A DNA stretch of 36,856 bases from Candidatus Aerophobota bacterium (GTDB lineage: Bacteria; Aerophobota; Aerophobia; Aerophobales; AE-B3A). Every line of letters starts with the position of its first letter. Positions within the stretch are counted from its first letter, which is position 1. Where the stretch lies: positions 1 to 36,856 of the forward strand of contig JAUWXE010000003.1 in assembly GCA_030616535.1 (NCBI GenBank). Direction: 5' to 3'. Shown piece by piece: positions 35,496 to 36,856 of this stretch. A program made the translations under genes and the position numbers. The notes beneath the pieces are model-generated. The model was given only the letters and a program-made list of their open reading frames with translations. It was not told the DNA's origin and made no database searches.

Positions 35496-36854
35496 TCAAG
35501 GTAGATTTTTTCCTTTAGTCTGAATTTCTAATTCTTTTTTATTTTTCTTTTGCTGATTCTTTATGACCTGGCTTAACTTTACCACGGGAGAGTCGTATTC
35601 TCCGACGAGCATCTTTTCAAACTCTGGTCTGGTAATTTCATCCAGATGTCTGGCATAATTATCAAGGAATTCTGCAGTCTTACCATTGATAATGGTCTCT
35701 GCTCCTTTATGAGTTGGGTAGGCGCCAAGTTCTTTAACTGCCTCTCTCAGGATCTCGGGTTTGTCTATAATGGCGCAGGGAGTTAGCCAATTATGGTTCT
35801 GTTCCAGTTGTTTCTTTCTTATGGAGAGAAAAAAGGGAGAAACAATCGCCTCCTGCAGCCCCTTACCGCGTTTCCATAAATCAAAGATATTGTCCACAGC
35901 AAAGTGAACAAAGACGCAGGGCTCAATATCTCCTTTAGAATTGATATGAAAATATTTTCTTCCCCCAGCTATACATCCGCCAGTCCAGGGTCCGTCATTC
36001 CAGAAGTCTCCCACGAAGATAGACTTCTTTGATCTCCACTCCCACACCTTCTGACGAAGTCTAGCTCTCTGCTCAGGAGTAGGCATGAGTTCGGTGGCCG
36101 GTTTTTTCCCTATGGGAATATAAATAAAATACCAACCAAAGGAGACATGCCGCTCAATAAGATCATCTATAAATTCATCACTGCTAACTATTTGGGCATT
36201 TTCTCTGGTTACAGTTACGGAAAATCCCTGCAGGACCCCCGCCCGGTAGAGATTCTCCCTTACCTTATTTATTTTCTCCCAGACTCCCTTGCCTCTTCTC
36301 TCATCAGTCTCCTTTTTAAATCCCTCCAGGCTAATAGCGGGTGCTACATTGCCTAACCTGGCTAATCTTTCTATCCTGTCTTCATCTAACAATGTCCCAT
36401 TAGTATAAACTTGGAAATACATATCATTGTGCTCTTTAGCCAAGTCAAACAGATCCTTCCCTGTCTCTTTATCCTTATAATAGAAGGGTTCTCCACCCGA
36501 GATGGTCAAAAAACGAATGCCCAGGCTTTCGGCTTCTCGTAAAATCCTATCCAGAGTTGCGTAAGATAGGCCCTGGCCTCGTGGATATTCATGGGCATAA
36601 CAGCCGTAGCAATTAAGATTACAGGTGTTGGTGGGAGAAATGACAAAAAACCAGGGAGCTTTAAAGCCCTCTTCCTTCAGCTTTTCCCTTTTCTTAGCTT
36701 CCATGACCCAGTCACAGAAAAAGTTTTTGGCTAGTCTTTCCCTGCACACCTTAGACAACCTATCCTGAAGAATCAATCTGCTGAGCTCTGTCAAGGGATG
36801 TCGCCTCTGAAAAGCCTTGCGCACATTTTCCATGGCTGCTTCATTAGGACCGGC
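35496..36854 (-). CDS. Radical SAM/SPASM-type protein; 5' end probably beyond the window
   Basis: PTNTCNLNCYGC, SGGEP, YTNG, GCIAGGRKYFHIN..GDIEPC, PC..ID.P. The frame stays open upstream of ATG 36833 to the window edge. Confidence 0.88.
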   Translation of the reverse strand, partial: AGPNEAAMENVRKAFQRRHPLTELSRLILQDRLSKVCRERLAKNFFCDWVMEAKKREKLKEEGFKAPWFFVISPTNTCNLNCYGCYAHEYPRGQGLSYATLDRILREAESLGIRFLTISGGEPFYYKDKETGKDLFDLAKEHNDMYFQVYTNGTLLDEDRIERLARLGNVAPAISLEGFKKETDERRGKGVWEKINKVRENLYRAGVLQGFSVTVTRENAQIVSSDEFIDDLIERHVSFGWYFIYIPIGKKPATELMPTPEQRARLRQKVWEWRSKKSIFVGDFWNDGPWTGGCIAGGRKYFHINSKGDIEPCVFVHFAVDNIFDLWKRGKGLQEAIVSPFFLSIRKKQLEQNHNWLTPCAIIDKPEILREAVKELGAYPTHKGAETIINGKTAEFLDNYARHLDEITRPEFEKMLVGEYDSPVVKLSQVIKNQQKKNKKELEIQTKGKNLP

Positions 36855-36856
36855 AA

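Overview
AT-rich bacterial window in two parts. The gene style suggests an anaerobic, sugar-fermenting lineage such as Aerophobota; that is inference only. Left part (~1-21.5 kb, accessory): two adjacent IS elements, then a GntR/HutC regulator and a co-oriented sugar-catabolism cluster. The cluster encodes an unassigned glycoside-hydrolase-like protein, a GH36 alpha-galactosidase-like enzyme, a CUT1 ABC transporter (binding protein plus two permeases), an FGGY kinase, a form IV RuBisCO-like protein (RLP), a xylose/rhamnose-isomerase-like enzyme, TPP-dependent E1 alpha/beta without E2/E3, a class II aldolase with a remodelled active site, and a truncated Zn-dehydrogenase. It ends at a junction containing a 21-nt tRNA-Asn-like 3' fragment, followed by a convergent epimerase-like/Zn-dehydrogenase pair. 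Right part (~21.7-36.9 kb, mostly housekeeping): thiE, tsaE-tsaB-rimI, bioY, an EF-G paralog, DUF4139, fabH-plsX-rpmF, an ADP-forming acyl-CoA synthetase, coaD, a tandem Nudix protein and two radical SAM enzymes. The best candidate for an undescribed system is the RLP-centred sugar pathway. Dispersed structured non-coding repeats that bracket the glycosidase genes also deserve follow-up. All assignments come from motif recognition; no database searches were run.
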